In this document: in pieces, positions 48,851 to 58,012 of the stretch
Numbering within the stretch: the first letter of the stretch is position 1
Layout of the letters: each line of letters starts with the position of its first letter
DNA from: an uncultured Halobacteriales archaeon
Lineage (GTDB): Archaea > Halobacteriota > Halobacteria > Halobacteriales > Hikarchaeaceae
Assembly: GCA_964510865.1 (NCBI GenBank)
Contig: CAZEDI010000002.1
Location: 8,579-72,578, forward strand
DNA: 64,000 bases
Direction: 5' to 3'
The notes under the pieces: model-generated
The model's input: only the letters and a program-made list of their open reading frames with translations
Told to the model about the DNA's origin: nothing
Databases searched by the model: none
Made by a program: the position numbers and the translations under genes

Positions 48851-49426
48851 TCAGAACAGATAATGATCTTCCCACATATCGTCTAGCTCTTGGCGTGCGC
48901 GCCAGTACCGCCATGATTTGATCATCCCTCTCCCGAACAGGATGCCCCCTATTCCGAATATGACTCCGCTGGTCGCGATTATCGACGGGCCCACCGACCA
49001 AAGCAATATCCCGGCACCTGGAATTAAGAGCATTAGTGAAATGACGAACATCGGGAGCGCATCGTGGTAGCACTCTCGGCAGCGTTCGAAAACCTCTCGA
49101 ATGTCTTCCATTTCATCTAGCTCGGACTGGAGGTCGTCAAAGAGCCCGCGGTTGTATTGACTCTTGATGAACAGCCCATACTTGGCGCTCAATGGAGCGT
49201 CTTCCTCCTCGACATCAGTCGGAGTAAAGTCCCGCTCCACATCCACGAAAACCTCTCCGAGTTCGGGACTGACGGACCGCCACTGTTCTTGCTGGAGTTC
49301 TCGGACTTTCGTTTCGTATGAATCACCTGGGTGTGTGAGGTACTGCCGCACGAACAGTCCGACTATCGAAAAGATCCCGAGGAATAAGCTTGCTGCCTGA
49401 AGAACTGTACTAACGCCTGGTGCCAT
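48851..49426 (-). CDS. Membrane protein (N-terminal and C-terminal TM segments)
   Basis: 191-aa ORF with TM segments VLQAASLFLGIFSIVGLFV and VISLMLLIPGAGILLWSVGPSIIATSGVIFGIGGILF. Confidence 0.5.
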   Translation of the reverse strand: MAPGVSTVLQAASLFLGIFSIVGLFVRQYLTHPGDSYETKVRELQQEQWRSVSPELGEVFVDVERDFTPTDVEEEDAPLSAKYGLFIKSQYNRGLFDDLQSELDEMEDIREVFERCRECYHDALPMFVISLMLLIPGAGILLWSVGPSIIATSGVIFGIGGILFGRGMIKSWRYWRARQELDDMWEDHYLF

Positions 49427-49722
49427 GTCTCCCCTCTACACCAGTTCTGATTTCGTAGTCATCTCTGGGTAGTTGTCGTAAACATAGTCGGCAACTCCCC
49501 GAATTTCTTCATGGCGTGCTCGCATTTGACCCAGCAAACGAGGCTAGGCAGTCGGGCAAAAACGTCCATCTCTCCGTTGAGGCAGTCGAGGCTTGGCAAG
49601 AGATGCCTAGCCCGTTCCCGGAGTAACTGCCCCAGCCCCTGGTGAAATTGTGGCTTTAAGGCCGCTATCGGGGTGGTCTCATATGGACACATGGTCCACT
49701 CTCTCCCGTCGGGGGTGTGGTG

Positions 49723-49992
49723 ATGCAGGAGCGCCCCCGACTCAAACTCCCTGACGAAACGCTGGGCCGGGCACGGGATCTCGCCGATTCGCCGGAGGTC
49801 CCGATCGACGACCGCAACAGCGTCGTTGCCCTGGCGCTGGATCTCGGCTGTGACGCCCTGGTTGCGCTGTATCGCCTCGAGATCGACGACGCCGTCTGCT
49901 CGGTCGACGGCTGTAGCTCCGCAGCGACCGCGTTGATCGACGGCGGCTATCGCTGCGTGGGCTGTCTCCGCCAGGATCTGGGGGTGACGTGA
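49723..49992 (+). CDS. Small Cys-containing protein, first gene of the plus-strand transfer-like operon
   Basis: ATG 49723. Contains CSVDGCSS...YRCVGC. The stop lies 1 nt before the GTG of the next gene. Confidence 0.4.
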   Translation: MQERPRLKLPDETLGRARDLADSPEVPIDDRNSVVALALDLGCDALVALYRLEIDDAVCSVDGCSSAATALIDGGYRCVGCLRQDLGVT

Positions 49993-49993
49993 C

Positions 49994-50926
49994 GTGTCGA
50001 CTCAAACGCCCGAGGGCCGGGTGTATCAGGACCCCGAGCGGGTTCGCGAGCCCCACGAGGTCGACGACCCCCGGACGACGCGCGTCGAGACCGCTCTGTC
50101 GATCTGGGAACGCCTGACCGACTCCCTCGGCGGCACGCTCGGCCTGCTCGTCGTCGGGGTACTGGGCATTGCCGGGTTCGTTATTCTCTGGCAGTGGACG
50201 TCGCGCCTCCTGGTGACGCTGCTCACCAACGGCTACGTCCAGTCGGGGGCTGCCGTCGGCGTGGCCTTGCTCTCCGGGATCTACCTCGGTAGCAAGCGCA
50301 AGGAAGCCCAGCTCGAACACCAGGAGCGGCTCACGCTGGACCATCTCGAGGCCGGCATGCCCGTGCCGTATCGCGGCGAGTACGAGGCCGTGAAGGGCGG
50401 TCACGTCTTCACGCCATACAAGGGCGTCACCGGCTGGCTCACGTCGAGTTGGGAGCCCTACTCCGTCGCCGAGCTCATGGACGACCCCGCGGCCCCGGCG
50501 GCGCCGGCGAAGATCTTCCTCCCCAAACCCGCGTTCAAGCTGACCATGACCGACACCGGGCTCGTGGGCGTGATCAAGGTGCAGTGCCTGGAGTACCACC
50601 CCGGCCGTGGCGCGAATCTGCGGGCGAAACTCCCCGCGGATGGCGCCGAAGACTCCGTCGAGGCCGCTCGGCGAGAGCTGGAGAAGCAGATCGCCGAGCA
50701 CCAGGACCTCGTGGAGCAACTCGACTCCGAGCGACAGCGCCGCATGGCCGCCAACGAACGTGCCGGGAAGGCCTACGAGGACGCCCTGGAATACGTCGAT
50801 CAGGTCGTCACCACGGTCGAACCGTTGATGCGGGGGAGTTCGCAGCGCCGGAGTGAGGACGACGACGCCGGGAGCACGGCGACGGACCTGGCAGCGATCG
50901 AAGAGGAGTTGATCCATGAGGACTAG
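49994..50926 (+). CDS. Membrane-anchored protein with C-terminal coiled coil
   Basis: Two TM segments (LGLLVVGVLGIAGFVILW, AAVGVALLSGIYLG) and an acidic coiled-coil tail. GTG start. Confidence 0.55.
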   Translation: MSTQTPEGRVYQDPERVREPHEVDDPRTTRVETALSIWERLTDSLGGTLGLLVVGVLGIAGFVILWQWTSRLLVTLLTNGYVQSGAAVGVALLSGIYLGSKRKEAQLEHQERLTLDHLEAGMPVPYRGEYEAVKGGHVFTPYKGVTGWLTSSWEPYSVAELMDDPAAPAAPAKIFLPKPAFKLTMTDTGLVGVIKVQCLEYHPGRGANLRAKLPADGAEDSVEAARRELEKQIAEHQDLVEQLDSERQRRMAANERAGKAYEDALEYVDQVVTTVEPLMRGSSQRRSEDDDAGSTATDLAAIEEELIHED

Positions 50927-52613
50927 CCAGGTCGGGACGTGGCTGCTGGCGCTGGTCTTGGTCGCGGCGGTGCTGGCCGCCCCGACGCCCGTGGCCGCCC
51001 AGGAATCGAATCGGACTGCCACGGCAATCCCCACGGTCACTCCAACGGAGCCCCCGACACCGCCGGAGAACGACTCGGCGGGGACCGCGACACCGACCCC
51101 GGCACCGGGCGTCTCGGCCGGGACCGTGACGGACGCCCGGGCGGCACGCCTGGTCGTCCGCCAGCCCCATTACGTCGACAGCGACGTCGAGCGCCGGACG
51201 ACCAACGGCACGCCGGTCTACGTCGCCCGGGGCCAGGAGCTCGTGCTCCGCCCCGAGGGATTCGACTCCGAGGCAGTCGTCGACGTCGAGGTGTCGCCCA
51301 CCGGTGAGCTGGATTACGACCGCGACATGGGCGTCTATCGCTTCCGCCCGTCGGAGACCGGGACGTACACGATCTCCTTCGTGGTCCGCGAAACCGAGCT
51401 CGTCGGGAGCGCCGACTCGCGGACCGTGACCGTTCGCTACGTGGCTCGCGTCCGGGTGAGTGGCGGCCTTGACCTGATTCATCGCGCCCAATCCGAACTC
51501 GCGGGCATCCAGGAGGCTGCGGCGAACTGGCGGGAGTGGAACGCGACGGCACATGGCATCGCTGGCGAGGACGTCCCGACGCAGGCACTGATGGAGGAGG
51601 CGGCGAATCTCCTGAAGCTGCGCCATCAGCCGGTGAGCTTCCTGACGGGTAACTACACGCAGGTGCTCATGCTGATGCTGATCGGCGGCCTGGGTGGCTG
51701 GATCGTCCTCGCCCAGTTCACCGGCCTCCCCGCGCTGGCATACTTCCGGGAGCGGGCCCGGAACAGCCGCTTCAACGTCGCCGAGGCGGAAGAGGGGACG
51801 GCCAAGGAGGCCCAGGCGGAACTCGACGAACTCGACCGGCGACAGCAACCTCAGACCACGCGCCTGCACGACCTTTTCGACGATCCGCGGTGGGTGGCTG
51901 CGCTGGAGCAGGCCTACGGGCCGACGCTCGGTGACGTCGCCGAGCGGTTCCGCGCCGACGCCGTACCCTCGGTCATGGTGGCGCGATTCCTACAGATCCT
52001 GGGTGCCAACGGCTGGGTCGGCATCGAGGCCGACCACGACGCCCTCGGGATCGTGCCGGCCGATGGTGACGACGCGGAGGCAGCCGAGATCGTGTTGCGC
52101 CGCGAGACCGAGGTGCCCGGCGAGATCGCCCGCGAGCACGACGACATCCTCGCGGACCCCAAGGTGCACGACCTGACCGGCGTAACCGGCACCGAGGATC
52201 GCATCGAGCGCTTCGACTGGTCGGCCGTGTATCGCGCCTTCGACGTCGAGGAGATCGAGACGCTCCCCGAGGACATCCAGGAGGGCGAGGGCTTTGACGT
52301 CGAAGCCATTGCCGAGCGCTTCGACATCGACGTCCGGCAGTTCGACGACGTCGGGGATCTGGGGCGGTGCCTGGAGCGCACAGTGTCGTTCATCCACGAC
52401 AGTCCGACGCTGTGTGATGCCCAGGGCAACGTCGACGAGTCGGCCTACGCACTGGGTCGGCTCCAGAAACTCGCCCAGTTCATGGACGACCGCTACGACT
52501 GGCCGGAGTTCGGATTGCTCCGCGAGGAGATCCGACTGGCCCGTCAGCAACACGACCCCAACGCCGAGGTGCAACGCCTCGTCGACCGGGTGCAACAGGG
52601 GGATGGTGGATGA
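50916..52613 (+). CDS. Secreted/membrane protein with signal peptide, T/P-rich linker and internal TM
   Basis: Signal peptide MRTSQVGTWLLALVLVAAVLAAPTPVAAQ, TPTEPPTPP linker, TM LMLMLIGGLGGWIVLAQF and an acidic C-terminal domain. 11-nt overlap with the upstream gene. Confidence 0.6.
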   Translation: MRTSQVGTWLLALVLVAAVLAAPTPVAAQESNRTATAIPTVTPTEPPTPPENDSAGTATPTPAPGVSAGTVTDARAARLVVRQPHYVDSDVERRTTNGTPVYVARGQELVLRPEGFDSEAVVDVEVSPTGELDYDRDMGVYRFRPSETGTYTISFVVRETELVGSADSRTVTVRYVARVRVSGGLDLIHRAQSELAGIQEAAANWREWNATAHGIAGEDVPTQALMEEAANLLKLRHQPVSFLTGNYTQVLMLMLIGGLGGWIVLAQFTGLPALAYFRERARNSRFNVAEAEEGTAKEAQAELDELDRRQQPQTTRLHDLFDDPRWVAALEQAYGPTLGDVAERFRADAVPSVMVARFLQILGANGWVGIEADHDALGIVPADGDDAEAAEIVLRRETEVPGEIAREHDDILADPKVHDLTGVTGTEDRIERFDWSAVYRAFDVEEIETLPEDIQEGEGFDVEAIAERFDIDVRQFDDVGDLGRCLERTVSFIHDSPTLCDAQGNVDESAYALGRLQKLAQFMDDRYDWPEFGLLREEIRLARQQHDPNAEVQRLVDRVQQGDGG

Positions 52614-54460
52614 ACGCAATCCTCCAGGCATCGATCGACCTGGACGCCACCGGGCCCTCGCCCGGCCAGCGCGCAATCGGCTGGGGTGTCGCGATCCTGC
52701 TGGTCCTTGGGCTTGTGGTCCTGTTCTGGCGGTCGCGCTACGCCGGCCTGCCCCGCGAACACGCCCGTCGCGTCTCCGCGTTTCGCCAGGCCAAAGCCGC
52801 CGCCAGACTCCGGCAAGCCCGGTTTCGCAGCGCCGCCGCGCTCCGAGACGGCACGGCCACGATCCAGGGCCTGTTCGACGGCGAGGCGCCCGAACGCCCC
52901 TCGACGCGAACCGCGCTGCGGACCGCCAGTGGCGAGCTCCAGACCCAGCTTGCCCCACACCTCGCGCGACTGCCGCTGGTGGTCCGGCGCTGGCTGGCAC
53001 TCGCGGCATGGATCGCCGTTTTCGGGACGCTCGCCGTCGGGACGGCCCTGATCATGCGAGGCCTCGAGTCCGGCCGTGGCGTCGACCTCGCCTGGTTCGT
53101 CGGCGGACTCACGTCGTCGACACGGGTACTGCTGGACGCCGCTGTCGGGCTCGTGGTCGCGTTCCCCGGCGGGGAGGTCCTCTGGGCCCTGGTCTTCTCC
53201 GGCGGCGTCGTGGCGGCGACGTGGCTCTATCAGCACTGGTACGTGCTGGCAGCACTGCTCGGCGCCGGTGCGGCCGTGATCTGGACGCTGGATCGCCGAG
53301 TCGACGCGCCCACCGAGCGGCTGTACTACCACCGCCTGGACCTCCTGGTGTTGGCTGGTAGCGCTACGCTGGCGGTGTGGGTCGCCGGAGTCTTCCCCGT
53401 GGCCCTGGCGCGAGTCCTGGGCGCCCCGGAGCTCGGCGCGACGGCCGGGGTGATCCTGGCCGGTGTCGTCGCGCTAGGCTGTCTCCTGCTCGGTGGCTGG
53501 CGCCTCTGGGGGCGGGTCCGATCGGTCGCGACCCACCACGCCGATGCGACACGACCAGTCCTGTGGTATCTCGTCTCCCGACGTCTGTTCGGGGGGTTTG
53601 CGTTGCTGGCGATCCCTTACGGCCTGGTCTACTTCGGCGTCGGGCTGACCAAACTCCCGCAGGTGATTCGCGCCTGGTTCCGGGCGCCGCCTGCGATTCA
53701 ACTCGCCACCCTCGCGATCGCGGCCCTGCTCTTCGGGCTCTTGGCCTACGAACTCCGGGAGTCCTGGGGCGCGATCCGCGCTGGCCTGGCCGAGAGCGCC
53801 GCCGATCAAGAGCTCCGAATGGCGGCCTGGGCCTACGGTCTGCCGTCGCTGGCCGTGATCGCGACGTATACGGTCGCGACCCCGGTCCTGCAGGCCCCGG
53901 TCGTTGCCGGGGTCCTGGCGGTCAGCGTCGGGCTCGCGGGCACTCGCGTGGCCACCGGCCTGCGGGCGTTGCAATACCGCGTCGAGATCGGGAGTCGCGA
54001 CGAGGCCGCCCAGCGCGTCACGGTCGAGGCAGCCGTCCTCGAGGTCGGAGGCGAGGAGCACTACTACGTCCGGGTGAACGGCACCGAGGAGTTGCTCGCA
54101 CCCGATCGCGAGCAAGCGGTGGCGACGGCCCAGGAGATCGGCGCCGCGCTGTTCGACGCCGGGGAGATCCCCCCGACGCTGCCGAGTGCCTATTTCGACG
54201 TCGCCGAGCGCTACGGGATCGTGGACTACGACGACGTCACGACCAAGGAACTGGAGAAGGCGGCGAAGCAGCTGTATCACGCACTCCGGAGCGACGGTCC
54301 TGCAGTGGACCGCGAGATCGTCGAAGACGCGCTGTCGGACGTCCCCGAGCCCGTACGTGCGGTGCGTCTACAGACCGCGGTCAATCGCGGGAATATCAGG
54401 GTGTTGCGCCACGGCGATCGCGACAGGTTCGTGCTACGAAACGATCCGCGGGCTCGATAA
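52610..54460 (+). CDS. Polytopic (about 10-11 TM) membrane protein with soluble C-terminal domain (VirB6/CedA-like role candidate)
   Basis: 616 aa. ATGA overlap with the upstream gene. Many hydrophobic helices are followed by an acidic domain of about 150 aa. Confidence 0.65.
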   Translation: MNAILQASIDLDATGPSPGQRAIGWGVAILLVLGLVVLFWRSRYAGLPREHARRVSAFRQAKAAARLRQARFRSAAALRDGTATIQGLFDGEAPERPSTRTALRTASGELQTQLAPHLARLPLVVRRWLALAAWIAVFGTLAVGTALIMRGLESGRGVDLAWFVGGLTSSTRVLLDAAVGLVVAFPGGEVLWALVFSGGVVAATWLYQHWYVLAALLGAGAAVIWTLDRRVDAPTERLYYHRLDLLVLAGSATLAVWVAGVFPVALARVLGAPELGATAGVILAGVVALGCLLLGGWRLWGRVRSVATHHADATRPVLWYLVSRRLFGGFALLAIPYGLVYFGVGLTKLPQVIRAWFRAPPAIQLATLAIAALLFGLLAYELRESWGAIRAGLAESAADQELRMAAWAYGLPSLAVIATYTVATPVLQAPVVAGVLAVSVGLAGTRVATGLRALQYRVEIGSRDEAAQRVTVEAAVLEVGGEEHYYVRVNGTEELLAPDREQAVATAQEIGAALFDAGEIPPTLPSAYFDVAERYGIVDYDDVTTKELEKAAKQLYHALRSDGPAVDREIVEDALSDVPEPVRAVRLQTAVNRGNIRVLRHGDRDRFVLRNDPRAR

Positions 54461-54658
54461 CTCGGTTCTTCCGATCTCGCTTTCGGTGACAAATCACCAC
54501 ACTGAAGCCCGTCTCGTGGTCTTTGCGGGTAGTTTTGGGCACGGCTACACCCTAACCTTACAGTACGCGCGCGTGTAGGGAGATCATGTCCGAACCCACC
54601 TGTGAGGACGGCGTGCTCGGGGCGTTCCCCCTGGGGTTCGGACTGGTCGTCCCCCCGA

Positions 54659-56947
54659 TCACTCGGCTTCGATCGCTGCCTCAGTGGCGTCGTCGAGGTA
54701 TTTCCGGCCTAACTGGGTGAATGAGCTGTCGAGATAGACCTTCTCGTCGTTGCGCTGGCTGGTTTCGAGCGGCCAGTCCGCGGCGTCCGCAGCTCGAGTC
54801 CCAAAGCGGACTCGCTTGCCATGATCGTCGAAGTCCCACGGATCCTTGTCGTGCGCCCGGAGAAAGGCGTTGAACGCGGACTGAATGTCGGCTTTAGTCG
54901 TGTAGTCGCTACTCGGCTGGAGACATTGGTGGACGAATGCGGCGACGGGCGAGGTCTGAGGATCAGCCCGGTCGGCGCTGTCGTTGGGGACCTGCACGCC
55001 GATCGTCAGCTCGGGTGGGATTTCGTCGGGCCAGTCCACACTCTCGACGTCAGCGGGCCGCCGGAGTTCCTCGGTCCGCCCCAGCGAGAGGTCCCTCATT
55101 GTGTGCAAGCACTCGGTACAGAGGGCGTACGGCCGACCCTTCGGCCGGTACAGCTCTGTGGACCCACAGAGATCATTCTCACAAGTCTCGATCGGCGAGA
55201 AGTACTTCGCCCGGGAACGCCAGCCGTTGTCATCGACGTCCTTGTCCTTGTGGTGGTAGGAGGGCGGGGCATACTGCACGGGACTGATATATTCGATCTC
55301 CTTCTTGTCGATCGCAGGCTGTACCTGCCCGACGATCCCAGCCTTCCCCCGTTCCGGGGTTAACGTGCCGTAGAAGCTATCGACCTTTGCGTTCGCAGTC
55401 CACTCGAAGACTTTGCCGATGATATTGCGATTCCCTCCGTAAGCCACGTACCGGTTGAAGTTCTTCCGGACGGAGATGTGCAGGTCACTCGGCCACTGAG
55501 TATCGCCGAGGAAGTGAACCCCGTAATGGCGGTTCTCCCGCTGAATTGTGGTCAAACGACTCCCGATTGTCTCCTGGATTGACGCGAGGACGTCGTCGTC
55601 CTTCTGTCGGCCCTTGTGGGGCGTGATTTTCCAGAGCTCCCGCATGCACAGGACGGCCTCGGGAGCTCCAAACAGTTGTTGGCGTTCGGTCAGAATCGTG
55701 TCGATGATATGCGCGACGGCGATCAACCGGGCCAGGTTCTCGTCCTCGTTGAATAATGCCTGGGAGAAGACCGTCACCGTCTCGGTGTCCAAGAAGAGGT
55801 TACGCCAGTCGATCGTGTACTCCGACTCTTGGGTGCGTATGAACCCGATGTCTTGCAAATTCCGGAGGACTCCGACCGCGTTTTCCTTCGTTTTTGGCTG
55901 GAGTTCATCGCGCTCCCGGATCGCGTCGGCGATGTCCTTCAGCGACCAGTCGTCGCGATGCTCGTTAACGTCGCGGTATGCCTGTCTGACGGTGTTCTGT
56001 TCTTGATCGGAGATGTTGGCTCCGAGAAGCGATACCAACAGAGCCTCCGAGAGTTCTGAGGCGGGCGCGACGTATGGCCGAACGACGAACTCCTCGCCTT
56101 GGACGTGGTAGGGGAGCCGGCGGTTGGTCAACCCTGGGACGAGCGGGACCAGGATCTCGATCGTGGGTCGGCCGTACCCCTCGCCGCTCGCGAAGTCCGG
56201 CGGCAGGTTCATCTCCTGACGGATCCGCCGGAGCGGTTGCTGCTGTTGGGGGACGTCGTAGTACCAGTTCTCCCCGTCACGAAGTCCGACGGGGTCGATG
56301 AGTTTGAAATCCCGTCCCTCCCGGAAGTTCTGCTGGTAGAAATCCTCCGCCTCGATGTCGAGCCCTGTGGATTTGCCGTTCCCAGTCGGTCCGAAAAACA
56401 GCGTCTTGAGTGTCCCCGCCTGATCAGCAACAACCTCTACAGGGTCGCCCAGATCCATCCCCCATTCCTGGAGGTGCTCGCCAAGCTTCAGTGTAACCCC
56501 GACGGCATCTGCCCGGTTCCGCAGTTGATCCTCGACAAGGCCCTTGGCCTCCGCGATCGCGACGAGCGAGCGGTAGGCGTCCCGGACCAGTTCCCTGGAG
56601 CCTGGGTCTCGACCCGTGAACCCCCGGGGTTCGCCGTCCAGGAACCGATCGAGCGCGACGTAATCAAACGCGCCCCCGGCCTCGCCCTCGTAGTCGAGGA
56701 GTGGGCGGCCGCCCGCCCGGCGGAGCAGGGTCACGAGCGGCTGGCGCTGCCCGATGCCCTCGCGACAGGCTCGCTCGATGAGGTGGTAGTACTCGGCACC
56801 GCCTGATTCGTGCGGATCGCCGCCCCGGCCCAGGGCCCGCGAACATCGCTCGATGGTCTCGCGGATCGCGTCCTGGCGGGTCCAGTGGTCTCGCTTGGCC
56901 TGTTCGGCTTGTCCATGTTCGACGACGTCGCGTGCGTCCTGAGACAT
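54659..56947 (-). CDS. Large P-loop ATPase, VirB4/TrbE-like candidate
   Basis: 762 aa. Walker A FFGPTGNGKSTG. AVLCMRELWKI sits where VirB4 proteins carry hhhhDEAW. C-terminal Cys cluster CENDLCGS...CTEC. It is the last gene of the minus-strand operon after small TM proteins. Confidence 0.7.
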   Translation of the reverse strand: MSQDARDVVEHGQAEQAKRDHWTRQDAIRETIERCSRALGRGGDPHESGGAEYYHLIERACREGIGQRQPLVTLLRRAGGRPLLDYEGEAGGAFDYVALDRFLDGEPRGFTGRDPGSRELVRDAYRSLVAIAEAKGLVEDQLRNRADAVGVTLKLGEHLQEWGMDLGDPVEVVADQAGTLKTLFFGPTGNGKSTGLDIEAEDFYQQNFREGRDFKLIDPVGLRDGENWYYDVPQQQQPLRRIRQEMNLPPDFASGEGYGRPTIEILVPLVPGLTNRRLPYHVQGEEFVVRPYVAPASELSEALLVSLLGANISDQEQNTVRQAYRDVNEHRDDWSLKDIADAIRERDELQPKTKENAVGVLRNLQDIGFIRTQESEYTIDWRNLFLDTETVTVFSQALFNEDENLARLIAVAHIIDTILTERQQLFGAPEAVLCMRELWKITPHKGRQKDDDVLASIQETIGSRLTTIQRENRHYGVHFLGDTQWPSDLHISVRKNFNRYVAYGGNRNIIGKVFEWTANAKVDSFYGTLTPERGKAGIVGQVQPAIDKKEIEYISPVQYAPPSYHHKDKDVDDNGWRSRAKYFSPIETCENDLCGSTELYRPKGRPYALCTECLHTMRDLSLGRTEELRRPADVESVDWPDEIPPELTIGVQVPNDSADRADPQTSPVAAFVHQCLQPSSDYTTKADIQSAFNAFLRAHDKDPWDFDDHGKRVRFGTRAADAADWPLETSQRNDEKVYLDSSFTQLGRKYLDDATEAAIEAE

Positions 56948-56950
56948 GAG

Positions 56951-57544
56951 TTAGTCGGCTATCGTCCGGTGGGCCGTCGCCGGGAGATCGACGGGCGTGG
57001 TCTCGGGCTCGGCCAGCGGGTCGGGATCCGGAGGCGCATCGAGGTCGCGCTTCAGCTGGGCATGGAGCACGCCCACGCGGTACTCGACGAGTCCGCATAG
57101 TTCGCTCCAGGCGTCCCGGGCGCCGGTCACCTCGTCGCTACCGGGAATGCCCACCAGGACGACGGGTAACCCGGCGTGCTGGCGTTGAAACTCCCGGATC
57201 CCGGTCGCGATCGAGGCGGCGTTGCGGATCTGCGGGCCCAGCTGGCCGTGTTTGAGATGACAGCCGCTGTAGGCACAGGTGCACAGTGGCTCGTGGCGGG
57301 GCTCGTCGTACGGACTCGCGCTGACATCCGCGCCGGGGCGGGGTTTGTCTGCCTCGCGAGCCAGGTAGGATAGCAGGAAGTCCTGATAGCCGTCGTCGCG
57401 CCGGAGGACGAGATCGCGCTCGGCGCGGATCGCCCGGAGGTGGCGCCGTGCCCACTCCTTCACGTCGGCATCGAGACTCGGCCGCCGGAGCTCCCGCTGG
57501 ACGTCGTCATGAAGTCTGTCGATGTACTGATAGCGCCGCTGCAT
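56951..57544 (-). CDS. Hypothetical soluble protein
   Basis: Start at ATG 57544 (MQRRYQYIDRLHDD...), overlapping the upstream stop (TGATG). The ORF-track N-terminal extension is Arg/Pro-rich. Confidence 0.5.
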   Translation of the reverse strand: MQRRYQYIDRLHDDVQRELRRPSLDADVKEWARRHLRAIRAERDLVLRRDDGYQDFLLSYLAREADKPRPGADVSASPYDEPRHEPLCTCAYSGCHLKHGQLGPQIRNAASIATGIREFQRQHAGLPVVLVGIPGSDEVTGARDAWSELCGLVEYRVGVLHAQLKRDLDAPPDPDPLAEPETTPVDLPATAHRTIAD

Positions 57545-57786
57545 CAAGCCCGCACCTCCTGATCCGGGCGGTTGACCAGAAACCAGAGCGTTCCGACGAA
57601 CAGGATCCCCGCCGCGGGGGTGTGGTGCCCGGTCGCGAGCAGTCCCAACGCGACGACGAACAGGAGGACGCGAACCGCCGTGGTCTGGGCGAACAGCAGC
57701 TTCGCGGCGAGGTCCTCGTTCCACCAGACCAGTAGCGCGGCGCCCGAGACCGCCGCAGCCAGCACGATCAGTGCCGTTCTGTTCAT
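57544..57786 (-). CDS. Small hydrophobic protein (VirB3-like position)
   Basis: ATG 57786 (MNRTALIVLAAAVSGAALLVWW...). 80 aa with 2-3 hydrophobic segments. ATGA overlap with the upstream gene. Confidence 0.5.
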   Translation of the reverse strand: MNRTALIVLAAAVSGAALLVWWNEDLAAKLLFAQTTAVRVLLFVVALGLLATGHHTPAAGILFVGTLWFLVNRPDQEVRA

Positions 57787-58010
57787 CCATCCCCCTCGCG
57801 TCGGAGCATGGGCTTGCCGTGGCGCAGGCGGTCGTTGAGCCGGCCGCCGAGGACGTAGGCGAGGTATGCGAACACGACGATTGCGACGAGCGTGAGAACG
57901 GCGCCGAGGGCGGCACCCCCGAGCGTCGGGGCGAACGCCAGCAGCGCGACGACGATCACGAGGTAGACCACAACTCCGGCCACGCCCACGGGTTTCGGGA
58001 TCGTGACCAC
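57783..58010 (-). CDS. Small two-helix hydrophobic protein (VirB2/pilin-like position)
   Basis: 75 aa. A hairpin of two long hydrophobic helices, then a basic tail. GTG start. Confidence 0.5.
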   Translation of the reverse strand: MVTIPKPVGVAGVVVYLVIVVALLAFAPTLGGAALGAVLTLVAIVVFAYLAYVLGGRLNDRLRHGKPMLRREGDG

Positions 58011-58012
58011 GG

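Larger units (their letters stand above)
38400..49450. other. AT-rich cargo island nested in the mobile element
   Basis: Hand counts of single 60-nt lines give about 25-53% GC inside (lines 47401, 39001, 41221) versus about 75% in a flanking line (52621). Codon usage and amino-acid composition (K/N/I-rich) shift together. The boundaries are approximate. Confidence 0.6.

Noticed and set aside
49742-54489. Series of long ORFs (49742..51040 -, 50808..51869 -, 51990..53009 -, 52294..53361 +, 53377..54489 +, 53474..54280 -)
   Set aside because: All are Arg/Pro/Gly-rich with no motifs. They are antisense or out of frame to the acidic, hydrophobic-segment-containing plus-strand genes 49994..54460, which show start/stop coupling.
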